Source: Planctomycetota bacterium (GTDB lineage: Bacteria > Planctomycetota > UBA8108 > SXIK01). Taken from it: a stretch of 64,000 bases of DNA. The position numbers and the translations under genes were made by a program. Positions 51,417 to 60,467 of the stretch are shown piece by piece. Numbering within the stretch: position 1 is the first letter of the stretch; each line of letters starts with the position of its first letter. Under the pieces are notes generated by a model. It saw only the letters and a program-made list of their open reading frames with translations, was not told where the DNA came from and made no database searches. The DNA lies in the NCBI GenBank assembly GCA_965223265.1, contig OZ244999.1, positions 3,584,001 to 3,648,000 of the forward strand, written 5' to 3'.

Positions 51417-52841
51417 TCAGGCCGATAGATCAAAGTAATCGAGAATCGACGCGCGGATGTCGTCGCTCTGCACCAGCTCCACGATCTTGAGGAGGCGCTT
51501 GAGGTCTCGCGTTCTTTTGGCCGCGAGTTCGTTCGAATCGACTTCCTCGCTGCGCAGGGGACGAACGAAACGATATCGCCCCAGTTCGTGAGACGGTTCG
51601 ATGGCGCCGAGCTTTTCAAGCGCCGTGACGCAGTACTCGGCGCGACGGTCGCCACGATTTCTATGCACGATCGCATCGCGCAGCTCATCGATCGAAAGAT
51701 CCGAATACGGCGTAGACTCGAAGACATGCGAGGCCTGCAGCAGGAACTCGCCCCCCGGATTCATCCACTCGACGAATTCCTGTTGGATGGCCAAATCGGC
51801 TTCGTCATAGAGAAGTGTGCAGCGAGACGGCTTGCCATCTCGGCCTGCACGCCCAACTTCCTGATAGTACGCCTCGACAGACCCGGGAATCTGAGCGTGG
51901 ATGATATAGCGGATGTCGGCCTTGTCCACGCCCATGCCAAACGCGTTGGTGGCGAGGAGCATCAGACCATCGTCAGGGCGCGATCCCGTGAATCGATCGT
52001 AGACTCGCTTTTTCTCTGCCGGCGAGAGCTGACCGTGATAGATCGCGACGCGCCGAGAACCCCATCGCGGCCTGAGTTCCAGGGCGGCCTCCTCCATGTG
52101 CTTGATCAGTGAGAAGTAGACGATTCCCGTACCGCGGCAAGCGTCGGCGATTCGGCAAATTGAGTCCACCTTGTCGCCCGCCTGCCAAACGCGCTCGACT
52201 TCGAAGGAGAGGTTCGGGCGATCGATGCCAGATGCAAAGAGCGGAATCTCTTCTTCGGTAAGGCCGAGTGTGACGCGAATGTCATCACGTACAGAGGCGG
52301 TCGCGGTCGCGGTGAGCGCGACGGTGAGGGGCGAGCCCAGGACGCGGCGAAACTCACCGATTTCGTGATACGCGGGTCGAAAGTCATGCCCCCATTTCGT
52401 AATGCAGTGAGCCTCGTCGACCGCGAGGAGCTTGACGCCACCGGGAACACTGGAAACCGCCTCGACAAACTCGGGCTTGTGCATCCGCTCAGGAGTGACA
52501 TAGATCAGCTCGTACGCGCCTTCAGCCAGCCGACTGTAGCGCTTCAGCCGCGTCTCACGGTCGAGGGTGCTGTTGATGAACTCGGCGCGGATGTTTTTTT
52601 TCTTCAGCGCGGCAACCTGATCTTGCATAAGTGCGATCAACGGGCTGAAGACAACTGTGACACCCGTCGTTGGGAGTGCCAGGGCTGGAAGCTGGTAGCA
52701 GAGGCTCTTTCCTGATCCGGTCGGCATCACCACCAAGGCGTGACGACCGGCAAGAAGGTGATCGATGATCTGCTGCTGGAGTGGGTAGAGCCGCTGAAGT
52801 CCGAAACGTTGGCTCAAAATGGTCTGAGTCGCTGCATTCAC
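51417..52841 (-). CDS. RecQ family ATP-dependent DNA helicase (short, no HRDC seen)
   Basis: MPTGSGKSLCYQLP, VDEAHC, WGHDFRP, TATA, ATNAFGMGVDK, YYQEVGRAGRDG. Confidence 0.93.
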   Translation of the reverse strand: MNAATQTILSQRFGLQRLYPLQQQIIDHLLAGRHALVVMPTGSGKSLCYQLPALALPTTGVTVVFSPLIALMQDQVAALKKKNIRAEFINSTLDRETRLKRYSRLAEGAYELIYVTPERMHKPEFVEAVSSVPGGVKLLAVDEAHCITKWGHDFRPAYHEIGEFRRVLGSPLTVALTATATASVRDDIRVTLGLTEEEIPLFASGIDRPNLSFEVERVWQAGDKVDSICRIADACRGTGIVYFSLIKHMEEAALELRPRWGSRRVAIYHGQLSPAEKKRVYDRFTGSRPDDGLMLLATNAFGMGVDKADIRYIIHAQIPGSVEAYYQEVGRAGRDGKPSRCTLLYDEADLAIQQEFVEWMNPGGEFLLQASHVFESTPYSDLSIDELRDAIVHRNRGDRRAEYCVTALEKLGAIEPSHELGRYRFVRPLRSEEVDSNELAAKRTRDLKRLLKIVELVQSDDIRASILDYFDLSA

Positions 52842-52847
52842 GCCCGG

Positions 52848-52856
52848 AGTATATCA
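52848..52856 (-). promoter_or_regulatory. Extended -10 promoter TGATATACT, probably giving a leaderless recQ-nupC transcript
   Basis: TGnTATACT lies 6 nt before the GTG at 52841; no SD. Confidence 0.55.
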
Positions 52857-52917
52857 TTCGCGGCGCGCGAAGCCAGAGCCCACGGGCTCGTCGACGGGCA
52901 CACCCCCGTCAAGGGGC

Positions 52918-53646
52918 TCACTCTTCAGGATGCAAATCGAGAGGCAACGACGAGACGGCAATGTCGCCGCCGAAGCACACCTCAACATCGCGGCCGGGGT
53001 CGCGCGGACGGTTGTGGTAGTCACCTGAATAAGTGGCGACAAAGTGTCTCTCGCCTGACTGTGGCTCGATGGCGAACCGCACGCTGAGCGGCTGCGTGTC
53101 CACGGCGCAGAAGCGCAGCTCCGGCTTAGGCGCGTCGCCGCCGACGTGGGGGAGATTCACGTTCCAGAAAGTGCCCTCGCGGCGTTCCCGAGCCAACAGG
53201 AGACGCAACACGCGCGCGGTCAATTCTGCAGAGCGTTCCCAATCAATCGTCAGATCTGGCCTCAGGTACTGAGAGAGTGCGATCGAAGGGCGGGCGAGCA
53301 ATGCGGCCTCTCGTGCCGCGGCTACGGTACCCGAGACGTACGTATCAGCGCCAAGGTTGCCGCCGCTGTTGATCCCAGCGATGACAATGTCGGCGTCGGG
53401 CGCGACGTGGGTGAGTGCTACGCGGGCGCAGTCAACCGGCGTGCCGTCGACGGAATACCAGTTTTCGGTGTGGTGCTTGACGTCGATCGGGCGGTGGGTC
53501 GTGCAGGCGTGACCGACGCCCGACTGGGGAGTTCGCGGCGCGACGACGACGCAGCTTCCGAATTCCTGGCAAACGCTAAAGAGCGCTGCGAGCCCTGGCG
53601 CCTGCATGCCATCGTCGTTCGTCAGCAGCAGTTTGAGTCCAGACAC
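52918..53646 (-). CDS. surE: 5'/3'-nucleotidase SurE
   Basis: LLTNDDG, VVAP...QSGVG, GTPVDC, GINSGGNLG, SGTVAAA, NVNLP. Confidence 0.93.
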   Translation of the reverse strand: MSGLKLLLTNDDGMQAPGLAALFSVCQEFGSCVVVAPRTPQSGVGHACTTHRPIDVKHHTENWYSVDGTPVDCARVALTHVAPDADIVIAGINSGGNLGADTYVSGTVAAAREAALLARPSIALSQYLRPDLTIDWERSAELTARVLRLLLARERREGTFWNVNLPHVGGDAPKPELRFCAVDTQPLSVRFAIEPQSGERHFVATYSGDYHNRPRDPGRDVEVCFGGDIAVSSLPLDLHPEE

Positions 53647-53858
53647 GTCGTAGGCGGCTCCAAAGCTATGGCGCGATCGCAGAGTTCATCGACAGGATCA
53701 GACCAACGCGGTCTCCACGATCACTCAACTGTGAAAGCATACCGCTGCGCAGCCCAAGATTCCTCTACTGCATGCCGACCGGGCGGCGAACCCAGTTGAG
53801 TAGCACCTCCGTCGCGCGAGCTGTGGAATCACGTCGCCGCGGCCGTCGGCGCTGAACT

Positions 53859-54062
53859 TCAGGTGAGCTGCGGAACGCGATCCTCGACCGACTCGGCGGA
53901 AACGTGATCGTCTGAAATCTCCTGGAGACCCCGAATCAATTCATGGACGTGTCTCTTGGGCAAGCAAGCGTGCGCGTATTGCAGGATATCTTCGACTCGC
54001 ACGCCCATTTCCTCCATCGCCACAGCGATGTCGCAATTGCAGTCAAAACGAGGGGCTTCCAT
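53859..54062 (-). CDS. Small hypothetical protein
   Basis: 67 aa, ATG start with GGAG SD, in an otherwise empty intergenic region. Confidence 0.5.
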   Translation of the reverse strand: MEAPRFDCNCDIAVAMEEMGVRVEDILQYAHACLPKRHVHELIRGLQEISDDHVSAESVEDRVPQLT

Positions 54063-54291
54063 GATGGTCTCCGCAAGGTGTTGATTCCCTCTCCGTAGAG
54101 ACTATCGGTCAGTCACCCCTCGGTGCTTGGGTCGAACCTCACGCCAGGATGGTCCGAAAAGCTTAAGATCCTCACTCCTTCTCACTTCCCGGCGTGCAAA
54201 TGTCCGCAGGAAGGTGTCGGATCTCTGGTTCCTGTCGCATGTGGCAGGCAAGTGTGCTCGGAGAGAGCAATCGCAAGCAAGAAGCAACGGT

Positions 54292-54322
54292 ACTTAAGAT
54301 GAGGAACTTAAGATGAGGAACT
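54292..54322. repeat. Perfect 14-bp tandem duplication ACTTAAGATGAGGA x2 (+ACT)
   Basis: Read directly; lies about 25 bp past the stop of the Ku operon's last gene. Confidence 0.8.
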
Positions 54323-54346
54323 GAACGAAGCGAAAAAAAGCGGTAG

Positions 54347-55525
54347 TCAAACTTCGTCTTCCCGCAACCGCTCCCTCGCCTTGGCCGCCCAAGTGCTCCG
54401 GGGATCGAGACGCAGATACGCCCGCCAATGATGAGCGGCCTCGCTCTTGCGGCCACTCTGTGACAAGCACTCCGCGAGGTTGAAGTGAGCGTCTGCGTAC
54501 CCTGCCTCAATCGATAGCGCCCGCTGATAGGCCTCGATCGCTTTCTCCGTGTCGCCGAGATCGGCCCGTGTGTTGCCGAGGTTGTTCCACGCTTCGATGA
54601 ACTCCGGATCAAGCTCGATCGCCTGCAAGAACCGCTCAATCGCTTGTTCCTTGCGCCGCAGCGCATACAGCACATTGCCCAAGTTGAAACAGAGCTCGGG
54701 TGTGGGGCGCAGCAGCGCCAGTGCCTGGCGGTATGACTCTTCCGCCTCCTCGAGTCGTCCCAACTCTTCACAGTCGAGTCCACGCTCAAACCACTCATCG
54801 CCACTGCGCGGCGCCGGCCGTTTAAGCGAAGCGCTCTCTGTTTCGCCACTGCCGAACAGGTCTGGGAATGGAAAATAGAGTTGCCCCGTCGCGTCCGCAA
54901 CGAGCTCCTCGTCGATTCGAATGAGCACGTTTCGCTCGTCGCCGAGCCGCGTCAAGTTCACCATCGCCCCGCGCGCGCCCGGCAGCCATGACTCGAGCGC
55001 GCTGAGGCTGGCTCGAACACGGTCGACAGGCACGCCCGCTTGAATCAAATCCCACAGCGCCTTGGCCGACGCGACCTCGCGAAAGTCGAAGTAAGCCAAT
55101 CGGTGCACCGTCTTCGCAGGCTGCAGAAGACCGGCTCGCATCCAACGGCGCAGGCGGTCGCGCGAAACGCCCAGCAGGCGCACCAGCTGCGCCATCGTGT
55201 AATGTTGGTCGACCTGAGCCTGCTCCGCCCCGACCGTGAGCCGCGACAGAAACTCCTGCTCGCGCCAGACCTCGAGCTTGTGCCCCGCCCCCTGAAGCTC
55301 GCGGGCGCGCTCAAGACTGCGGGACACTCTGCCGTCGCTTGCCAGCGGCAAGCCATGGTCACCGACAACGAGCACGTCGGTTTGGCGACTTGGATAAGCG
55401 ACGACACGACCGCCAGCCTCTGCCACCGCTGCAGCGGCCTCCGTCTGCGTCATCGCAAACATCCGACCGGTGAAAGCCAGCGTCCGCCCACGCAGCTGAT
55501 CAAGGTTTACGGCCGCTTCAACCAC
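54347..55525 (-). CDS. BRCT + MerR-type HTH + TPR protein
   Basis: LRGRTLAFTGRM...EAAAAVAEAGGRV...SRQTDVLVVG...ARELQ...VWREQEFL (LigA-type BRCT); YTMAQLVRLLGVSRDRLRRWMRAGLLQP (MerR HTH); about four TPRs (FNLGNVL, AWNNLG, AHFNLA). Confidence 0.88.
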   Translation of the reverse strand: MVEAAVNLDQLRGRTLAFTGRMFAMTQTEAAAAVAEAGGRVVAYPSRQTDVLVVGDHGLPLASDGRVSRSLERARELQGAGHKLEVWREQEFLSRLTVGAEQAQVDQHYTMAQLVRLLGVSRDRLRRWMRAGLLQPAKTVHRLAYFDFREVASAKALWDLIQAGVPVDRVRASLSALESWLPGARGAMVNLTRLGDERNVLIRIDEELVADATGQLYFPFPDLFGSGETESASLKRPAPRSGDEWFERGLDCEELGRLEEAEESYRQALALLRPTPELCFNLGNVLYALRRKEQAIERFLQAIELDPEFIEAWNNLGNTRADLGDTEKAIEAYQRALSIEAGYADAHFNLAECLSQSGRKSEAAHHWRAYLRLDPRSTWAAKARERLREDEV

Positions 55526-55531
55526 TCGTTC

Positions 55532-56446
55532 TCACTCCACCCAGTATCGCTCGAAGACAGGTCCACGTAGCAGTCCCTTCGAGCTGCGCTCGAGGTAGCT
55601 TACTTTACAGTAGACGCCCGGCTCGACCCAGTGAGCAGCCAGGGCACAAGGCACGATGGGTTTAGCGCGATGCCGCGATTTCAGCAAACTAAAAAGCTCT
55701 TCGCGGGATTTCTCACGCAAACCCGAGCCGACTTTGCCAACGTAACGCAGCTCGCCCGCATCGCCAACAGCCGCGAGTGCGAGGCTCCGAAACTCATTCT
55801 CTCGAGTGAGGTACCCGATCACGACACAGTTTAGCGAGCGCCGCGGCTTCACCTTCACCCAGGCGTCGCTGCGCTGCCCAGGCGTGTAAGTACTCGTCAA
55901 ACGCTTTGCGACCATGCCTTCGAGTCCCTTTTGACACACCGCGTCGAAGAATTTGACGCCATCGCCGACCACGCCGTCGGAAAAAACGAGACGCACATCT
56001 CCTCCAAGCTTGACGACCTCCTCAAGCGTCTTTCGCCGCGCAGTGAGTGGCTCGCGCAGGAGCGGTCGAAATCGATCGTAGAGTTGATCGAACACAACAA
56101 AGGTCGCCGGGTACTCCAGGGCACCCGCCTGCCAGCGTAGGGGGCTTCTAGCCTGCTCGCGCGAAAGCAGACACTCAAAGTCAGGCTTGCCGTTTCGTAG
56201 AACGATCACCTCACCGTCGAGCACTGTCCCTGGCGGCAGCTCTGCGAACGACTCGAACTCAGGGTAACGCTCAGTGAGCTCACGTTGGCGCCGATTGACG
56301 AGTCGGTACCCGTCCGACTCGACAAACAGAAGCGCGCGGGTGCCGTCCCACTTGACCTCGAAAAGGTGCTCCGGTGAGTCGAATGGTTCGCCTGGCTGCG
56401 CGAGCATCGGCGCAATGAACTCAGGCAAACGTTGCCGCGGGGTCAC
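55532..56446 (-). CDS. ATP-dependent DNA ligase (LigD-type ligase domain only)
   Basis: PMLA, EVKWDG (motif I), LDGEV, FVVFD, EGMVAK, Y.PGQRS..WVKVK, YVGKVGSG, LRGPVF; 304 aa with no polymerase or phosphoesterase domain. Confidence 0.92.
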   Translation of the reverse strand: MTPRQRLPEFIAPMLAQPGEPFDSPEHLFEVKWDGTRALLFVESDGYRLVNRRQRELTERYPEFESFAELPPGTVLDGEVIVLRNGKPDFECLLSREQARSPLRWQAGALEYPATFVVFDQLYDRFRPLLREPLTARRKTLEEVVKLGGDVRLVFSDGVVGDGVKFFDAVCQKGLEGMVAKRLTSTYTPGQRSDAWVKVKPRRSLNCVVIGYLTRENEFRSLALAAVGDAGELRYVGKVGSGLREKSREELFSLLKSRHRAKPIVPCALAAHWVEPGVYCKVSYLERSSKGLLRGPVFERYWVE

Positions 56447-56466
56447 AGAACGTCCCTACTCGCGTC

Positions 56467-57375
56467 TTAGCCAGATTTCTTCTTCGATTTCTTCGCCTGA
56501 CTACGTTTCGCGGTGCTGGGCGCCATTTTCTTAGCGCTGCTCTTGGATGCGGAGACCTTCTTCTTCGCCGTCGTCGATTTCGCTGCACCGGTCGTCTCGA
56601 CGTTCGCGACACTCTGCTTCAGTGCATCCATCAGCTCAATGATCTGTGGCTCCTCGGTTTGCGGCGCTTCGACGATCTGCTTGCCTGCCACCTTTGCCTC
56701 GATGAGTTCAGTCAACTGTTCGACGTAGGCGTTGCGATATTGTGACAGGTCCAGTTCTTCCTGAGTCGTAGCATCCACAAGAGTCTCGGTGAGGACAACT
56801 TCGTCCTCCGCCACGTCGAGCTCGGAGACTTCGTCATCGAAAATGCTCGCGTCCTTGACGTCTGAGGCATACGACAACACACTGGCCGCAAGCAACTTCT
56901 CAAGCGGACGCACCCAAACGATCTGCTCCTTGTTCGACAGCACGATTTTGGCAAGAGCAGCGACGCCTTTTTCTTCCATGACGTGCCGTAGCAAAGCGTA
57001 AGCTTTTTGTCCGACCGGACCATCGGGCACCAGATAGTACGTACGTCCGGAGTAGTAAGAGGGATCGAGCGCATCTGCCGGATAGAACGCCTCGATCTGG
57101 ATCGCCTTGTCGCTTTGACGCCGCAGCTTGGCAAGCTCCTCAGGTTCGATGACGACGTATTGTCCCTTCGCATATTGATACCCGGAGACAATCTCGTCAC
57201 TCTGCAGCTCTCCGTGATTCGGGCAAACCTTGCGGTACTTGATGGGACTGTTGCAGTCCTTGTGCAGCTGGTTGAGACGGATCTCGCTGCCTGTCGCATG
57301 CGCAGTGAATGCCTTGACGGGAACGGAGACAAGGCTCAGCCGTAGGAATCCCTTCCAACTCGATCGTGGTGCCAT
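56467..57375 (-). CDS. ku: NHEJ protein Ku
   Basis: RSSWKGFLRLSLVSVPVK, LNQLH, IVSGYQY, YYLVP, KAYALL, LMDALKQS; Lys-rich C-terminal tail. Confidence 0.95.
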   Translation of the reverse strand: MAPRSSWKGFLRLSLVSVPVKAFTAHATGSEIRLNQLHKDCNSPIKYRKVCPNHGELQSDEIVSGYQYAKGQYVVIEPEELAKLRRQSDKAIQIEAFYPADALDPSYYSGRTYYLVPDGPVGQKAYALLRHVMEEKGVAALAKIVLSNKEQIVWVRPLEKLLAASVLSYASDVKDASIFDDEVSELDVAEDEVVLTETLVDATTQEELDLSQYRNAYVEQLTELIEAKVAGKQIVEAPQTEEPQIIELMDALKQSVANVETTGAAKSTTAKKKVSASKSSAKKMAPSTAKRSQAKKSKKKSG

Positions 57376-57414
57376 GACGATCCCTCTCGCGGAGTGTTCT
57401 GAAGACTACGGGCG

Positions 57415-57438
57415 GACGCAAGAGTGAGCGGCCATTCC
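57415..57438 (-). promoter_or_regulatory. Possible ECF-type promoter GGAAT-N15-CGTC upstream of ku
   Basis: Resembles GGAAC...CGT ECF promoters; short motif that could be chance. Confidence 0.25.
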
Positions 57439-57841
57439 CGGTCGACCACGGACGTCCGAAGAAACGTCCGGTAACGCCAACGTCTATAGAGATTGGCGAA
57501 ACGTATATCGGCAGTCCACCTCTTCCTCTGTAGTTTTCTCGTCTCGACGGCGAGGTCAGAGAGTCGCCATGACAGTGTAGCGATCCTTTTTGCTACCGGG
57601 ACAACCTGCGAGTCACCGCGCCCACAAGACGACTCGGCTCGAGGATTCGTGACGTTTGGCAATCGCCGGACACGCCGGCCAGCGCCGCACGTTGCCACAG
57701 CAGAAATCATTGACAGACGCACGAGCTGGAGTGGAACCGTCCCTCAGCCTACCGTATTCTGAGTCCTCACGAACGATCCACCGCGGCCTCGCTGGCTCGA
57801 CGATCGTCCCAAGCCAACTGAGTAACATGAGGGAACGAGGA

Positions 57842-58936
57842 ATGCAGAAAAACAAGTCAACTCGCCTGCTTCGAGCGGATCGCGAGCGTCCCACAAACCG
57901 CCGTCAGTTTCTTCGCGCGGGCGGTGCCGCCGTCCTCAGCGCCTCCCTCTCACCGACGATTCTCGGAGCCGCGCGAAGATCGAGCGACACTGACGTCGTG
58001 ATCGGCTCCGGTGAGCATAAGTATGTCGTCGATCACAACTGGGGCAAGTTACCTGCGAACGTGATCTGGGGGGACACCCACGGTGTCGCGGTCGATGCTG
58101 CGGGCTTGATCTATATCAAGCATCGTGCGACGACTGAGAAGCCGTTGGACGCGATCGTCGTCTTCGACCCGGATGGCAACGCGGTTCGCTCGTTCGGCAA
58201 GGAATATCATCGCGGCGGTCACGGCATCGATGTCCGCAATGAAAATGGAGAAGAATTCCTCTATCTATCCGATGTCTACAATCGCCAAGTCGTCAAGACA
58301 TCACTGACCGGCGAACAAGTGTGGCGCATCGAAGCGCCACCTGAGCCTGGGGTGTATGGGGTGAACGCGATCTTTCGTCCTACCAATATTGCGTTTGCAC
58401 CCGACGGCGGGTTTTACATCGGTGACGGCTACGGATCGCACTACATCCACCAGTACGACAAAGATGCCAGCTGGGTGCGCACGTGGGGTGGTGTTGGAAG
58501 TCAACCGGGACAAATGAAGACACCGCACGGAATGTGGCTCGACGATCGCCCCGGTCGCACGCCGTCGATCGTCGTGGCCGACCGCGCCAACGCTCGGCTG
58601 CAGTACTTTTCGCTCACCGGCGAACACCTTGGATTCGTGGACGACGTCAGCTTTCCGGCGGACATCGACATCGCCGGCGACAAGATGCTTGTTCCGGATC
58701 TCCACGCACGCGTTTCGATCTTCGACAAGGACAACCAGCCGATCATCCATCTCGGCTATGACCCGGAGTGGACCAAGACGGTCCTCGACGGATTCAAGCT
58801 ACGTCGTGAGCCAAAACGCTGGCAGGCCGGAAAGTTCATCCATCCACATGATGCTTGCTTCGACAAGGACGGAAACATCTTCGTCGTCGAGTGGGTGCCG
58901 ACAGGGCGAGTCACGAAGCTCACTCGAGTGAGCTGA
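57842..58936 (+). CDS. Tat-exported NHL-repeat (six-bladed propeller) protein
   Basis: TNRRQFLR; THGVAVD, PTNIAFAPDG...DGYG, TPHG, VADRANARLQ, HPHDACFD. Confidence 0.88.
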   Translation: MQKNKSTRLLRADRERPTNRRQFLRAGGAAVLSASLSPTILGAARRSSDTDVVIGSGEHKYVVDHNWGKLPANVIWGDTHGVAVDAAGLIYIKHRATTEKPLDAIVVFDPDGNAVRSFGKEYHRGGHGIDVRNENGEEFLYLSDVYNRQVVKTSLTGEQVWRIEAPPEPGVYGVNAIFRPTNIAFAPDGGFYIGDGYGSHYIHQYDKDASWVRTWGGVGSQPGQMKTPHGMWLDDRPGRTPSIVVADRANARLQYFSLTGEHLGFVDDVSFPADIDIAGDKMLVPDLHARVSIFDKDNQPIIHLGYDPEWTKTVLDGFKLRREPKRWQAGKFIHPHDACFDKDGNIFVVEWVPTGRVTKLTRVS

Positions 58937-58959
58937 GCAGGATGCATCGGTGAGCAAAC

Positions 58960-60087
58960 ATGAAGATAGACCGAGTCGAAGTTCGCGTCGTCGGCCCCAA
59001 GGTGAAGAGATACACCTGGTCGCACGACATTCCCGAACAGTACATGACCAACACGATCGTGCGGATCTTCACCGACTCTGGAGCCGAAGGTCTTGGGGCG
59101 GTCGCCAACTACACCTCCTTTGACTACGATCGCTACACGGCTGAAACGCTTCGCCATCTCATTCCGCTGCTGATCGGCTGTGACCCGTTCGAGCGCGAAA
59201 CGATCCAGCGACGACTCTGGCCGCGCGTCTTTCCACCGACCCCGGGTGCGCTGGCAGCAATCGACATCTCCCTGTGGGATCTTTTCGGCCGCGTCGCGAA
59301 CCAGCCGCTCTATCAGCTCCTGGGAGGTGCCCGCAACCGCATTCAGTCGTACGCTAGCACGCCGATGTTCGAAGACGTCGCGTCTTACTTGCGATTTGTC
59401 GACGAGATGGTGGCCGCTGGATTCCGCGCCATAAAATTTCACACGTGGTGCGTTCCCGAGCGCGACCTCGAACTCTCGCGCGCAGTTCGGCGCGAGCATC
59501 CGAGCGGCGTCGAGTTCATGCTCGACGTCGAAAACAACTACGATCGTGAGAGCGCGCTGCGGGCCGCCCGCGAGCTGGAGGAACTCCACTTCACATGGTT
59601 CGAAGCGCCGCTCTTTGACTACGACCTCGAGGGCTACCGGCAATTGACGAGCGCGGTGAACATTCCAATTCTGCCGTCCGGCAACTGGCTACAGGACCTC
59701 CCGGCGTTCGCCCATGCGCTCAACACGAAGGCATGGACTCGAGCCCGCACTGATGTCACGATGCTTGGCGGCATTACCGGCGTGCGCAAGGCGATGGCTC
59801 TCGCCGAAGCAGCCGACATGCGCTGCGAGATCATGTCCTGGGGTTATACGTTGGTGTCGGCGGCCAACCTCCACATCATGCTCGGATCCGATCGCTGCTC
59901 TTTCTATGAACAGGCGGTACCGTACGATGCGTACGAGTACGGCATGAACGACGTGATCCGCACCGATTCCGACGGCTACGTGACAGCTCCGACTGGCCCG
60001 GGTCTTGGCGTCGAAGTCGATTGGAAAGCGATGGAGGCTGCGACGATTCACACGATAGTGTGCGACGGTTCCACCAAGAGCGTGTGA
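58960..60087 (+). CDS. Mandelate racemase/muconate lactonizing enzyme (enolase superfamily) protein
   Basis: MKIDRVE, AAIDISLWDL.GR...PLYQLLGG, GFRAIKFH, MLD, WFEAP, PTGPGLGVEVD. Confidence 0.9.
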   Translation: MKIDRVEVRVVGPKVKRYTWSHDIPEQYMTNTIVRIFTDSGAEGLGAVANYTSFDYDRYTAETLRHLIPLLIGCDPFERETIQRRLWPRVFPPTPGALAAIDISLWDLFGRVANQPLYQLLGGARNRIQSYASTPMFEDVASYLRFVDEMVAAGFRAIKFHTWCVPERDLELSRAVRREHPSGVEFMLDVENNYDRESALRAARELEELHFTWFEAPLFDYDLEGYRQLTSAVNIPILPSGNWLQDLPAFAHALNTKAWTRARTDVTMLGGITGVRKAMALAEAADMRCEIMSWGYTLVSAANLHIMLGSDRCSFYEQAVPYDAYEYGMNDVIRTDSDGYVTAPTGPGLGVEVDWKAMEAATIHTIVCDGSTKSV

Positions 60088-60150
60088 TCAACGACAGCTG
60101 GGGCAGCATTCGTCGTCTCACCTCGAGTTTGGCCATCCGGTGCACCCAAA

Positions 60151-60286
60151 GTGACAGGCACACATCGTGTGTCTGTCACGGTCCGGACGGCACACGGCGT
60201 GTGCCTACTACTTTAAAGAGACGTCCCACGCTCACGCTCACGGATATTACGGACGTCCGGTCGGCCCACAGGAGTGTGCCTGCTAC
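60151..60286. repeat. Cluster of three REP-like hairpins (GTAG + GGCACAC...GTGTGCC)
   Basis: 60151-60179 gtgacaggcacac-atc-gtgtgtctgtcac; 60184-60211 (reverse complement) gtagtaggcacacgccgtgtgccgtccg; 60258-60286 (reverse complement) gtagcaggcacactcctgtgggccgaccg. Confidence 0.75.
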
Positions 60287-60366
60287 CACAAACTTGCTCG
60301 GGAGAGCAAGAAGTGCGAAAGGCCTCTCAGCCCCGCTGAACTTGTCCGACGCGGCTCGCGGCGGCT

Positions 60367-60421
60367 GAGCTGGGCGTGAAGGGGCCAGATTCTCAGCCGA
60401 ATGGTTTTTTCAGACGGGCTG
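60367..60421. mobile_element. Right-end remnant of the MITE family found at 45349, followed by CTAG
   Basis: gagctgggcgtgaaggggccagattctcagccgaatggttttttcagacgggctg versus gagctgggcgtgaagaggccagtttctcggccgaatgactttttcaacgggctg. Confidence 0.8.
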
Positions 60422-60467
60422 CTAGCTAACCCCCACGACACGCCACGAACAAGGCGACGCAAGCACT

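Noticed and set aside
53722-53801. 9-bp inverted repeat ACTCAACTG...CAGTTGAGT as a structured RNA
   Set aside because: Too short, and the interior matches no riboswitch or ncRNA family I recognise.
60167-60379. 70-aa Cys/His-rich ORF
   Set aside because: It overlies the REP-like hairpins and the MITE end; the composition is explained by translating the repeats.
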